Under the pieces are notes generated by a model. It was given only the letters and a program-made list of their open reading frames with translations, had not been told where the DNA came from and did no database searches. Positions 53,924 to 62,435 of a DNA stretch of 64,000 nt are shown here, piece after piece (position 1 is the stretch's first letter; every line of letters begins with the position of its first letter). The position numbers and the translations under genes were made by a program. The stretch comes from a virus. The stretch is taken from UHGV virus genome UHGV-0253196; one strand, 5' to 3'.

Positions 53924-54505
53924 ATGAAGGTAGCAATATTTAATGGCAGTTCAAGACAGCATAGTAACAGTGAACTAATCTCAGGTGAATTAAGACGTAT
54001 ATTTGAGCGTCTAGGGTATGACACCGTAGTGCTCAATGCAAGTGACATGACAGGCTGTAGACCATGTAATCAATGTGGATTCTGTAGTTCAGTAGGTAGC
54101 TGTATATATGAAAGAGATACTCTGGGACAACACCATATTAAATGTATATGGGCTAGTGACATATGGGTGATTGTAACACCTGTGTATTGCTTTTCCATGT
54201 CCCCGCCGACCTTGACGTTACTGTCCCGGTTTTATTCTTATGGCCCAGAAGTGTTGCAAGATAAAGTTGTGTCTTCTGTGATAGTAAGTGGCAGTAGCGG
54301 TAGATATGGTGGAAAGAGCCTTGTAAATGAATCCTTTAAGCGATACTTTGAATATACAGGTGCTAACTATACAAACAAGCCCATAGGTATCACTACAAAC
54401 GACACCGTGTTAGAAGACCTGCATACACTTACACCACGGTTAAGACTATTTTGTAAAGACTTGATAAGGAGAGCGAAAAATGCTGAAAATAGTACCAAGG
54501 ACTAA
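53924..54505 (+). CDS. iron-sulfur flavoprotein (Isf / NADPH-dependent FMN reductase-like) with compact Cys cluster
   Basis: Flavodoxin-like N-terminus MKVAIFNGSSRQHSNSEL. CRPCNQCGFCSSVGSC = C-x2-C-x2-C-x2-C-x5-C. Confidence 0.5.
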   Translation: MKVAIFNGSSRQHSNSELISGELRRIFERLGYDTVVLNASDMTGCRPCNQCGFCSSVGSCIYERDTLGQHHIKCIWASDIWVIVTPVYCFSMSPPTLTLLSRFYSYGPEVLQDKVVSSVIVSGSSGRYGGKSLVNESFKRYFEYTGANYTNKPIGITTNDTVLEDLHTLTPRLRLFCKDLIRRAKNAENSTKD

Positions 54506-56648
54506 AAAGAAACCCGTACCAAAGAAAAAGGTTCCACCAAAAAAGAAGACCACCACGCCCGTAGAGATAGACGAGACCCCGGAAGTAGAGGAAGAACCAA
54601 AAAAGAACTATAGTTCTCTGCATGATGTAATGGACACTAACAGACCTTTTAAGTTAGTGTTTTCTGGCGTTGAGAATGAAAGCTACTATGACATACTTTT
54701 TGATTGCGGCGTGCGTAGCTTTCTAATGTCCTATCACTATATCCAGAGCAAGCACATTAAAATGCGTGATAGGTTTGATGGGACGGGTGTTAAACTGTTT
54801 ATTGATAGTGGCGCGCATACATACCAGAATGACCCTAAATATCTGGAACTTCCGTTAGAGTATTGGGAGAAGCACTTGCAGAAGTACCTTAACTGGGTTG
54901 AGCGGAATAGAAAGTATATATTTGCCATAGCAAGTTTTGACTTTGAGAACATTGTAGGTGCAGACACAGTAGATAGGTGGAACCGAGAATACTTAGAACC
55001 GTTCATGTTGCGCACAGGTATACCAGTGTGTTTCGTGTGGCACCAAAATTCAAAGTATGACTGGGAGTTCTATTGCAAGCGTTATCCCTATGTGGGATTT
55101 TCGTCTGTCAATACAGAAGGTGAAGCCATAGAACTATCAGAGTATAAACAAAGACTGAAAGTGGCAGAGAAGAACGAAGCACTTGTACACGGGTTCGGTA
55201 TGACGCGTACAGGTATGTTGACTGAACTTCCCTTCTACACCTCAGATAGTACGACATGGCTTGTGGGTTTGCAGTATGGGGAAATGAACTACTGGAATGG
55301 CACCAAAATGAACCGCCTTAAGAAAGACAAGTGGAAATCACCTGCTGTACTATCAGAGTTTGAGAGAAGGTATAACTCAGACCAAACACTGTTAGAGCAG
55401 GAAGACATAACCGAGGTGATAAAAGTCAATGTGTTTGCTTTCCTTGACGCAGAGGATTATATCGTCACCAAGCTACGTTCTCAAATGTACTGGTTAAAAG
55501 CAAAGACAACTAAACGGGACGTGAATAACTTACCGCCAGACTTCTTTCCAGACCCTGACATGGTGATGGTGTGTTTAGACGAAGGTGATAAAAGTGTAGT
55601 GTCATATGCTCAGAAATTTAATATCAACCCGGAATATGCTGACGCTGACTTTTTAGTGTGTTGTGCTACATTGTTCCTTAACTGGGATAACTCAATATAC
55701 AGTGACTGTAAGGACATACTCATTGAGGACGAAGCAGTGATTAAATCCCTCCATGACACACTGATAAACAGGATAGTCCCAGGTGTTGATGAAATGGTCG
55801 AAGACCTAACGCAGTTATTCAAAGAGTGCATAAGCGGCGAGAATGACAAGCTATTACAGATAGGCACCAACTTTGACCGCGCACAGAAAGAGCGTGAACA
55901 CTATATAGAGGAAGAAGACGAGTATGAGGAAGTAGAAGTATCAGAAGGTGAGATAAGGGCCGCTGTGTATAACAACATTCCTAAAGACCGTCTTCTTACC
56001 GCAGGTGAAGATTCCGCGCCAGAGATTACGGAACTTGACGCAGAAATATTTAACGGCACAGGTATAACACCACGTTTTGATGATAGAGGTAAATTCCTTA
56101 AAGGTGTTAGACAAGTAAAGAAACCAAAGTCCGTGTACAGTAAGAAGTTCCCTAAACTGGCGTGTGCTACGTGTTTCGCGGCAAGTACGTGTCCAGAATA
56201 CAAAGACGGCTATGTGTGTGCTTATAATAAGCTGTTCAGCAACTATGACACACGTAACATGGGTGACATTGTAGAAGCTATGCAATCCATGGCAAGTGTG
56301 AACATGGGCCGCCTACAGAAAGCAATGCTGTTTGAGACACTAGGTGGTGCATTAGACCCACAGGTATCACAGCTTATTAATCAGAACGTCACTTTGCTGA
56401 ACAACCTTAAGTCAATGTATGAGAACACCAACGCAATGGTGCTTAAACAGACCCGCAATATAAGACAGGACGGAAGTGTAGAAGAATCTGTGCAAGTAAC
56501 CAATCCTCAGAGCATGGGTATTATGGAACAGTTACTATCAAAGATAATGCCTAGTAGTGATAAAGAAGACGAGGTTATAGTTGAATCAGAGGACGTAACA
56601 CCCAAAAAGAAAAGCAGTGCATATGCAGACCTGGAAGAAGACGATTAA
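54480..56648 (+). CDS. candidate DpdA-like DNA-guanine transglycosylase (TGT fold) with basic N-terminal linker and large C-terminal extension
   Basis: KLFIDSGAHTYQ resembles the TGT ILTDSGGFQ motif. IFAIASFDFEN resembles MMAFDEC. Downstream Cys cluster CATCFAASTCPEYKDGYVC. Co-located with preQ0 synthesis genes. Confidence 0.5.
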   Translation: MLKIVPRTKKKPVPKKKVPPKKKTTTPVEIDETPEVEEEPKKNYSSLHDVMDTNRPFKLVFSGVENESYYDILFDCGVRSFLMSYHYIQSKHIKMRDRFDGTGVKLFIDSGAHTYQNDPKYLELPLEYWEKHLQKYLNWVERNRKYIFAIASFDFENIVGADTVDRWNREYLEPFMLRTGIPVCFVWHQNSKYDWEFYCKRYPYVGFSSVNTEGEAIELSEYKQRLKVAEKNEALVHGFGMTRTGMLTELPFYTSDSTTWLVGLQYGEMNYWNGTKMNRLKKDKWKSPAVLSEFERRYNSDQTLLEQEDITEVIKVNVFAFLDAEDYIVTKLRSQMYWLKAKTTKRDVNNLPPDFFPDPDMVMVCLDEGDKSVVSYAQKFNINPEYADADFLVCCATLFLNWDNSIYSDCKDILIEDEAVIKSLHDTLINRIVPGVDEMVEDLTQLFKECISGENDKLLQIGTNFDRAQKEREHYIEEEDEYEEVEVSEGEIRAAVYNNIPKDRLLTAGEDSAPEITELDAEIFNGTGITPRFDDRGKFLKGVRQVKKPKSVYSKKFPKLACATCFAASTCPEYKDGYVCAYNKLFSNYDTRNMGDIVEAMQSMASVNMGRLQKAMLFETLGGALDPQVSQLINQNVTLLNNLKSMYENTNAMVLKQTRNIRQDGSVEESVQVTNPQSMGIMEQLLSKIMPSSDKEDEVIVESEDVTPKKKSSAYADLEEDD

Positions 56649-56662
56649 ACCCGTCTTCTTTT
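56637..56662 (+). terminator. rho-independent terminator
   Basis: GAAGACG-attaaacc-CGTCTTC followed by TTTT. Confidence 0.5.
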
Positions 56663-56679
56663 CCATTTTACAGGATTAC

Positions 56680-56707
56680 TTGACAGTTTCCTTATTAAAG
56701 CTATAAT
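56680..56707 (+). promoter_or_regulatory. consensus sigma-A promoter TTGACA-16-TATAAT
   Basis: Both consensus hexamers read in the sequence. Confidence 0.55.
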
Positions 56708-56745
56708 AATGCCATTAAACACCCAATACGAAAGCGAGGAACACC

Positions 56746-57489
56746 ATGAAGAAATCAACTCTATTTAAAATGACAAGGCCGCACCCAATTAAAGCATTTT
56801 TAGACCGCATAACCCGCAAGTTTATGGACTGGGTAAATAACCTGCTTTTAGCCATGACTAAACACCCGCTCTTTGGGAAGTTCGTAAAACTGCATGAGAA
56901 AAGAACTGTACACCCCTTTAGAAATCTGTCTGATGGCATAATGCACTTAGGGACTGTTAGTGATTCATATATGACCTGGACAGCCACAGGTATTCTTGAG
57001 TGTGTAGAAACCAGCATTAAATCACACATAACCATATTTGACCGGGGCCGTTTCTTTGAACATGAGCAGTGCTGGGTAGACAAGAACGTGCGTTGCAAGT
57101 TAGGTATAACAAGACTTACCGTGTTGTTGAACGGCGAAATTAAAGAGATAGAAGCGCGAGGTAAAAGACAATGGTTTAATATCTATAACACCCATACTAC
57201 ATTAGCACCATTTGACCTTCATGATGGCAATACTAAAGAGGTGCGAGAAGAAAGAGTGGTCGTTAATTTCAGTGAGGTGATGGGATATAACTTTAGAATA
57301 CCCGTAACAATAGGTAGTATGTGTAACATGACCGAGGATGATATTATAGTCGAGACAATGATGTGTATTAGACATTTCGCAGAAAACAACTATGAGTTAT
57401 ACCGGGAAGTGTTTGATAAGTGTGTTATACCCAATGACTTAACATGGATAACACCCATTCCAGAAATTAGGCCACTGAGAAAGGAATAA
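56746..57489 (+). CDS. hypothetical protein
   Basis: GAGGAA RBS. 247 aa. First gene downstream of the consensus promoter. Confidence 0.5.
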   Translation: MKKSTLFKMTRPHPIKAFLDRITRKFMDWVNNLLLAMTKHPLFGKFVKLHEKRTVHPFRNLSDGIMHLGTVSDSYMTWTATGILECVETSIKSHITIFDRGRFFEHEQCWVDKNVRCKLGITRLTVLLNGEIKEIEARGKRQWFNIYNTHTTLAPFDLHDGNTKEVREERVVVNFSEVMGYNFRIPVTIGSMCNMTEDDIIVETMMCIRHFAENNYELYREVFDKCVIPNDLTWITPIPEIRPLRKE

Positions 57490-57491
57490 CT

Positions 57492-57520
57492 TTGACAGCA
57501 TTTACCATATGTGCTACACT
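57492..57520 (+). promoter_or_regulatory. promoter TTGACA-17-TACACT
   Basis: Read in the sequence. Confidence 0.4.
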
Positions 57521-57567
57521 GTACCAGTATCACTATTAAACAACCACATACAAAAGGAGGAAAAGAA

Positions 57568-58248
57568 ATGGCAGTAATCAGAACAAGTACAGGTGAGAAG
57601 CCCAAGAGAGGAGAGCTGTACTACGTCTATCCGCAGATGGCGTGGGACAATGATGATTCTGAGAAAGGGACAAGCAGAACTGATGTAAAGAGTGGGAGAC
57701 CCGCTATCATTATTGGTAATGACGCTGGGAATGGTGCTTCTGATATGTGTGTTATTGCGTGGCTTACACGTCAAGACAAAGCACCTTTACCAGAACACGT
57801 TACAGTACCTTCCGGCCCCGCCAAAGAATCAACTATGTTGCTGGAACACCCCATCACCGTGTCTCAATCGCGTTTAGGTGAAAAGATTAGCACCTGTTCC
57901 ACACCATTAATGAAGAAAGTTGATTCTGCATTGCTGGTATCTATAGGTATATGTGATACCTTACAAGACGCTGAATATCTGTTAAAATGTCGTGCTATGG
58001 TGTATGACTTGCAAGCGCAGGTAGATACATATAAGCACGAACTTAAAGAGAAAGACGCGGAAATTAAATCATTAAAAGATAAACTTGAAGTTAGTGACAC
58101 CAATATAAGGGATTTAAGTAACAGGTTAGAGTGTGCAGAAAATCAGAACACCTATAACCCAAGTGATTTAAAACTTGAATTGGTGTTAAATGAGCGGGAT
58201 TATTTGAGGGACCTTGTTAAGCTGTCAATGACAGGAGGTATTATCTAA
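57568..58248 (+). CDS. MazF/PemK-like domain fused to C-terminal coiled-coil domain
   Basis: AAAAGGAGG RBS. PKRGELYYVYP...GRPAIIIGNDAGNGASDMCVIAWLTRQDK follows the MazF pattern (GDiv.v.f....RPAvVls....n...MClcvPcTtq.K). The C-terminal 110 aa are heptad-rich. Confidence 0.45.
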   Translation: MAVIRTSTGEKPKRGELYYVYPQMAWDNDDSEKGTSRTDVKSGRPAIIIGNDAGNGASDMCVIAWLTRQDKAPLPEHVTVPSGPAKESTMLLEHPITVSQSRLGEKISTCSTPLMKKVDSALLVSIGICDTLQDAEYLLKCRAMVYDLQAQVDTYKHELKEKDAEIKSLKDKLEVSDTNIRDLSNRLECAENQNTYNPSDLKLELVLNERDYLRDLVKLSMTGGII

Positions 58249-58309
58249 TGAGTGTGAGAAGGGACGTATATTTAAGTAGACACGTTATACAGTGAAAGGG
58301 GGCATACAT

Positions 58310-58615
58310 ATGACAAATAAACAGCGAGAGGATTATGCCCGTTATATTTCACGATTGACAATACAAGAATTGGGCGAAGAATGGGACAGCGTAACAGAAG
58401 ACATTTTAAGAAAGGCACACAAGAAGCGCAAGACCAATGATAAAATTGTAATTGAATACCCATGGGTAAAGAAGCAGGAAGAAACACCATCTAAAAAGGT
58501 GTTGAAAGTCAGAAAAAAGAAAAAACATAAACCTTCTTTGTGTGCGAAAAAGAAGGGAAAGAAGAAATGCAAAAGATTTATACCCCCCGTACCAGGGAGA
58601 AAGCGCAACAATTAA
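58310..58615 (+). CDS. Lys-rich nucleic-acid-binding-like protein
   Basis: AAAGGGGG RBS. 101 aa. C-terminal KKKKHKPSLCAKKKGKKKCKRF. Confidence 0.4.
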   Translation: MTNKQREDYARYISRLTIQELGEEWDSVTEDILRKAHKKRKTNDKIVIEYPWVKKQEETPSKKVLKVRKKKKHKPSLCAKKKGKKKCKRFIPPVPGRKRNN

Positions 58616-58812
58616 TATCGTATTACATTTCAAAGTGGGAACAGTCTAATCACCCGGTAGTCATTAAAGACGCAGACTTAGAAGACCTTGTAAAAGCTAT
58701 TTACAGACGGGCCGCGAACACAAAGACTACAGAACGTGAAGCAGTATGGGACTATTTGACAGAGTTCTACACAGATACACCAGAAGATGATGATTGGTTC
58801 ATTGAAGATTAA
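58567..58812 (+). CDS. hypothetical protein overlapping the previous ORF in another frame
   Basis: 81 aa. Shares an A-rich run and a C6 run with the upstream ORF's 3' end. Confidence 0.35.
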   Translation: MQKIYTPRTREKAQQLISYYISKWEQSNHPVVIKDADLEDLVKAIYRRAANTKTTEREAVWDYLTEFYTDTPEDDDWFIED

Positions 58813-58856
58813 GTAGTTCATGTAGGATATGCACAGATGGAAGTTTGTGTGTATCC

Positions 58857-58865
58857 TATTTTTGT
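58857..58865 (+). promoter_or_regulatory. extended -10 (TGtTACAAT)
   Basis: Read in the sequence. Confidence 0.35.
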
Positions 58866-58950
58866 GTTACAATACTTTGTAGAAACACCACACCGTTACA
58901 TTAAGGGTCATTAGTGACCCACCATGAAATACATATAAGGAGGCCATATA

Positions 58951-59130
58951 ATGAGTAAGAAAGACGGAAACGCCCACGTAGTCCCTAACTGCACGATAAC
59001 AAGGATGTTAAGTGCGAATGAGAGCAAAACACCTTTACCTACACTTGATAGTAAAGGAGTGTGCTCAGGTGTTATGAAAGGTAAAACACCATACGCGCTG
59101 TGTCAGCAGTGCCGAGTATTTAAGAAGTAA
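58951..59130 (+). CDS. small protein (59 aa)
   Basis: AAGGAGG RBS 6 nt upstream. Followed directly by a terminator hairpin. Confidence 0.35.
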   Translation: MSKKDGNAHVVPNCTITRMLSANESKTPLPTLDSKGVCSGVMKGKTPYALCQQCRVFKK

Positions 59131-59132
59131 GA

Positions 59133-59166
59133 AACAACGCCCTATATTGTACAGGGCGTTGTTTAT
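59133..59166 (+). terminator. hairpin terminator AACAACGCCCT-n9-AGGGCGTTGTT
   Basis: 11-bp perfect stem. Confidence 0.45.
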
Positions 59167-59185
59167 CAAAGGAGGAAATAAATGT

Positions 59186-59713
59186 ATGCCAATGACATAC
59201 GAACAAGAATGGTGTGCCGATAAAGAAACACTTAACAAAGTAGAGGCGTTAAGAATAACCTTTGATATTGAAGTAGGTAATAGTAATGTTAAAGGTGTGA
59301 TGTGCACCAATGAACCAGAGTGTTTAGGTATACAGTCCAGTGTTACCTCTGAGTTCATAGAGAGATTAACACTAGGTATGATTTATTATGTAGCCGACAA
59401 ATTAGACGCTAAAGGAGACATACACATAAACTGTGCTACTATGGGTGTTAAGCGTAACAACCACTCTAAATACCATCACTACAGCATTGAAGCGTGTTGG
59501 GATAATGTACTGTGCAAAAACACGCCGCCGTATAATAGGAGTGCAACCATAAATGTAAAAGACAGCTATATCTATGAGGTAGAACCGCTACAGTTTAAAG
59601 AGACTGTGCGGGAGTATATTGCAGATAACCTTGTAACCATAACAGCAACAACACAGGAGGATAATAATGACAGCAGACCAGATAATCCAGCAGTTGGAGT
59701 TAGTGAAACTTAA
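59186..59713 (+). CDS. hypothetical protein
   Basis: AAAGGAGG RBS 10 nt upstream of ATG 59186. 175 aa. Confidence 0.45.
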   Translation: MPMTYEQEWCADKETLNKVEALRITFDIEVGNSNVKGVMCTNEPECLGIQSSVTSEFIERLTLGMIYYVADKLDAKGDIHINCATMGVKRNNHSKYHHYSIEACWDNVLCKNTPPYNRSATINVKDSYIYEVEPLQFKETVREYIADNLVTITATTQEDNNDSRPDNPAVGVSET

Positions 59714-60674
59714 GCACAAAGATAAGTGCGTAGGTGTAGGTGAATTAAGTATATACCATATGTGTGACGATTGCGCGTAAGTTAAAAGAGACTACACAGT
59801 TTAAGCTGGAAAGTAGCGATAATACAGATATGACATTAGAATGTAAGAATGGTATCTATACAGTGTATGATAAACATGGTGCCGTAGTAGCTGAGTTTTT
59901 AGCTTACCACTAACACCTCACAAATTTTAAAATCGAGCCGGGTTAAAAGTAAAAGACCTTACACAATAAAAAGGAGATAGAGAAGACTATCATAGACCTT
60001 TAAATGTGTAGGGTCTTTCTTTGTGCAAATAACCGCGCATTTAATGAATAACCCTATTAAAATTTAAAAATGGGCCGGGTAAAGATTAATTAGTGAACTA
60101 AAATGAATAAAGAGAGTATCTATATAAGCCATACAAGCTCATTTAACACATATTCTCATGACCTCTTTGAGGTCTATCATACCATTACCGCGGACGGAAG
60201 TTCCGCAATTTTGGTGTTTTGAGACCATTTTTGAGGACATTTAAGGTGTGTTTGTCCGTACAGGAAAGACGTGTCTATTTTTCACCTATTCAATTTTCAA
60301 AAAAAGACCAAAAGTTTACATCTATTGTTATCTCACCCCGGGAATTTTCGACACTTTTATCAAAAAATAACAGTAATACTAAACTTTACATAGGACTGGG
60401 TTATAAGTGTTTCTAACACCATGAGGAAACACCAAAGTGTGTTAGAATGGTGTTTTTGTACGCCAGAGAAAGACACAGGTGTAAACACCAAACCAACACC
60501 AAAACGAGGACACCTAACACAGTCATTGATTGGGTTGGTGTTGTCCTAACACTGTGTTGACACACTAAAAGACCAACACGAAAATACTAGACAAACACCA
60601 AAAAGGATGATACACTAAACACTATATAGTACCTTTACAACCACACATCTACTATTGAAAGAGAGGGTCTAGTT
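59714..60674 (+). other. long non-coding region with hairpins, GCCGGGT(T)AAA repeats and AACACCAAA iterons (candidate origin / regulatory hub)
   Basis: No ORF with an RBS across about 900 bp. AACACCAAA at 60428, 60484, 60495 and 60594. Hairpin terminator-like structures near 59990 and 60190. Confidence 0.5.
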
Positions 60675-61004
60675 ATGAAAATTAAATCACCCGGCACACT
60701 TTTACACACAAACACCGAAACACCTGTAAAACCTAGTGTTATAACACCAGATAACACACCGCCAGACACTATTGAGTGGTGTCAATGTCGTTGTTACGAA
60801 CGTGTTATGAGGTGTTGTGATTGTCACCAAAAGATAGACACTGCTTTTCATTATAATCACTACTTGTCCAAACACAGTGACGACCAGGGTTATTGGTGGC
60901 GTTTCTTTTGTCCCGCGTGTTATGAAAAACACAAAGATGATACAGACCTAGAGACACTGTATAGGACACACGAAAGTTGTTGTTTACCAGATGAATTTGA
61001 GTAA
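60675..61004 (+). CDS. Cys/His-rich zinc-finger protein
   Basis: AGAGAGGG RBS. CQCRCYERVMRCCDCH...FCPACYEKH. Confidence 0.5.
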   Translation: MKIKSPGTLLHTNTETPVKPSVITPDNTPPDTIEWCQCRCYERVMRCCDCHQKIDTAFHYNHYLSKHSDDQGYWWRFFCPACYEKHKDDTDLETLYRTHESCCLPDEFE

Positions 61005-61189
61005 TACCATTAAAGCGGCGCACATTTAATTTAGTGTGACCGCTTTTCTTATGCCCGCCAGACGCACTAGAACGTCCATAAAGACCGGGAACAGCAGTGT
61101 TTAACACAATGTACGTGGGTTTGCATAATGTGTGTATTTGTGCTATACTATGTGTAGTTGATAGAGACGTAGAAAAGGAGAGCGATACA

Positions 61190-61885
61190 ATGAAAAAGAC
61201 ACTTAAACCTAGAGAGACCAGCACAGACTTTACAGACACATGGGTCATAATTAAAGGACAATATAGCAACCTAAAAGGTGTTGATTCCTTTGACCCAGAA
61301 GACCCAGATACACATGAGTGGTATCAAGCACTAGACAGAAACACCTATCACACAGTGGCGTGTGGGTCTAACTTTGAAAATGTTATTCGTGGCCTAATGA
61401 ATAATGTGAAGGGATTTAAGACACAAGAGGCGTACTATAAGTTCCTGGGTGAGACCACCACTGAGGACTACTACCGTGTACACTTTTTAGGTATGCCACC
61501 ATACAGTGTGAGAGAGAAAGAGGTGATGGCGAAGGAAGGTGTTTCGTGTGCTGTGTCAACACCCATGAAAGACCTGTACAAGCAGGTGGTGGACGCGTAT
61601 GGTGATTACTACTACGAAGAAGTAGAAGACGCTGTGGCGAGGGCTTACCGTGAGTTATACGCAAGTACACGAAAGACCGCCAGGGGCAGTGTTAAGAAGA
61701 CCAAACTGGTGGCAAAGAAAACACCCAAGCCTACACCAACACCACAGAGGAACGGAGCGGCTAAGAAGACTGTGTTAAAGCCAAAGAAGGAGCCGGAGTA
61801 TTTAATATTAGAAGAACCTGCAACACCAAAGGTAACACTTAAAAAGAATAAGATTAAGTTGTCCTTGAAACACAGGAGGACATAA
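61190..61885 (+). CDS. hypothetical protein with Lys/Pro-rich basic C-terminal tail
   Basis: AAAAGGAGAG RBS. 231 aa. Confidence 0.5.
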   Translation: MKKTLKPRETSTDFTDTWVIIKGQYSNLKGVDSFDPEDPDTHEWYQALDRNTYHTVACGSNFENVIRGLMNNVKGFKTQEAYYKFLGETTTEDYYRVHFLGMPPYSVREKEVMAKEGVSCAVSTPMKDLYKQVVDAYGDYYYEEVEDAVARAYRELYASTRKTARGSVKKTKLVAKKTPKPTPTPQRNGAAKKTVLKPKKEPEYLILEEPATPKVTLKKNKIKLSLKHRRT

Positions 61886-61891
61886 CACCAC

Positions 61892-61930
61892 AAGACCATC
61901 TTACTGTATAGGTAGGGTGGTCTTTCTTAT
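61892..61930 (+). terminator. hairpin terminator AGACCA...TGGTCT + T-rich
   Basis: Read in the sequence. Confidence 0.45.
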
Positions 61931-61932
61931 TA

Positions 61933-62140
61933 TATACGCGCACACGCGTATACGCGTGTTTAGTGTGTTTTGTGCAATGTGTCCAGTGTTTGTGAGTGTG
62001 TTTGTGCACTTGTACTAAAAGCGATAAAACACCAAAAAACACATTGACAAACACCAAAATGGTCTATATACTTGACGTAGAAACACCAAACAACACAACA
62101 CAAAGAGCGTGAGAAACGCTAGAAAGAGAGAGAGAAGACC
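61933..62140 (+). promoter_or_regulatory. regulatory hub: overlapping palindromes, GT-rich repeats (GTGTTTGTG), AACACCAAA iterons flanking a TTGACA-17-TATACT promoter (62044-62072)
   Basis: Palindromes TATACGCG-caca-CGCGTATA and ACGCGTATACGCGT at 61933-61957. Iterons at 62026, 62051 and 62082. Confidence 0.5.
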
Positions 62141-62374
62141 ATGGCTGAATTTTGTGAGTACACAACACCTTTAACAGCTGATGAAATGACCGCACTCGCT
62201 GAGATTATCGCCTCCGTGAAAGCGCGTGTCGAAAAAGAAGTAAAAGAACTTTATCCGCAGAACATGACAGACCCGGTTAAGTCAAAGTATTTTGTTCGTT
62301 CTTTTACCATTGATTCTATTCATCAGCAGACCATGACGCTGTACAAGTTTCTTGATAATAACAAATTGATTTAA
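62141..62374 (+). CDS. hypothetical protein
   Basis: 77-aa ORF immediately downstream of the consensus promoter. Confidence 0.5.
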   Translation: MAEFCEYTTPLTADEMTALAEIIASVKARVEKEVKELYPQNMTDPVKSKYFVRSFTIDSIHQQTMTLYKFLDNNKLI

Positions 62375-62435
62375 CACCAAAAGACCGGGCGGGTTGAAAC
62401 ACACCCGCTCAAACACCAGAAAAGGAGATTAGATT

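Noticed and set aside
60219-60416. 65-aa ORF in the long non-coding region
   Set aside because: No RBS, TTG start, and it lies in a stretch dominated by hairpins and iterons. More likely non-coding.
59714-62140. Possibility of a CRISPR array or tRNA genes in the repeat-rich non-coding stretches
   Set aside because: Repeats are 9-bp iterons with irregular spacing, not 25-40-bp repeats with unique spacers. No GTTCGA/T-arm-like tRNA signature or cloverleaf found by eye.
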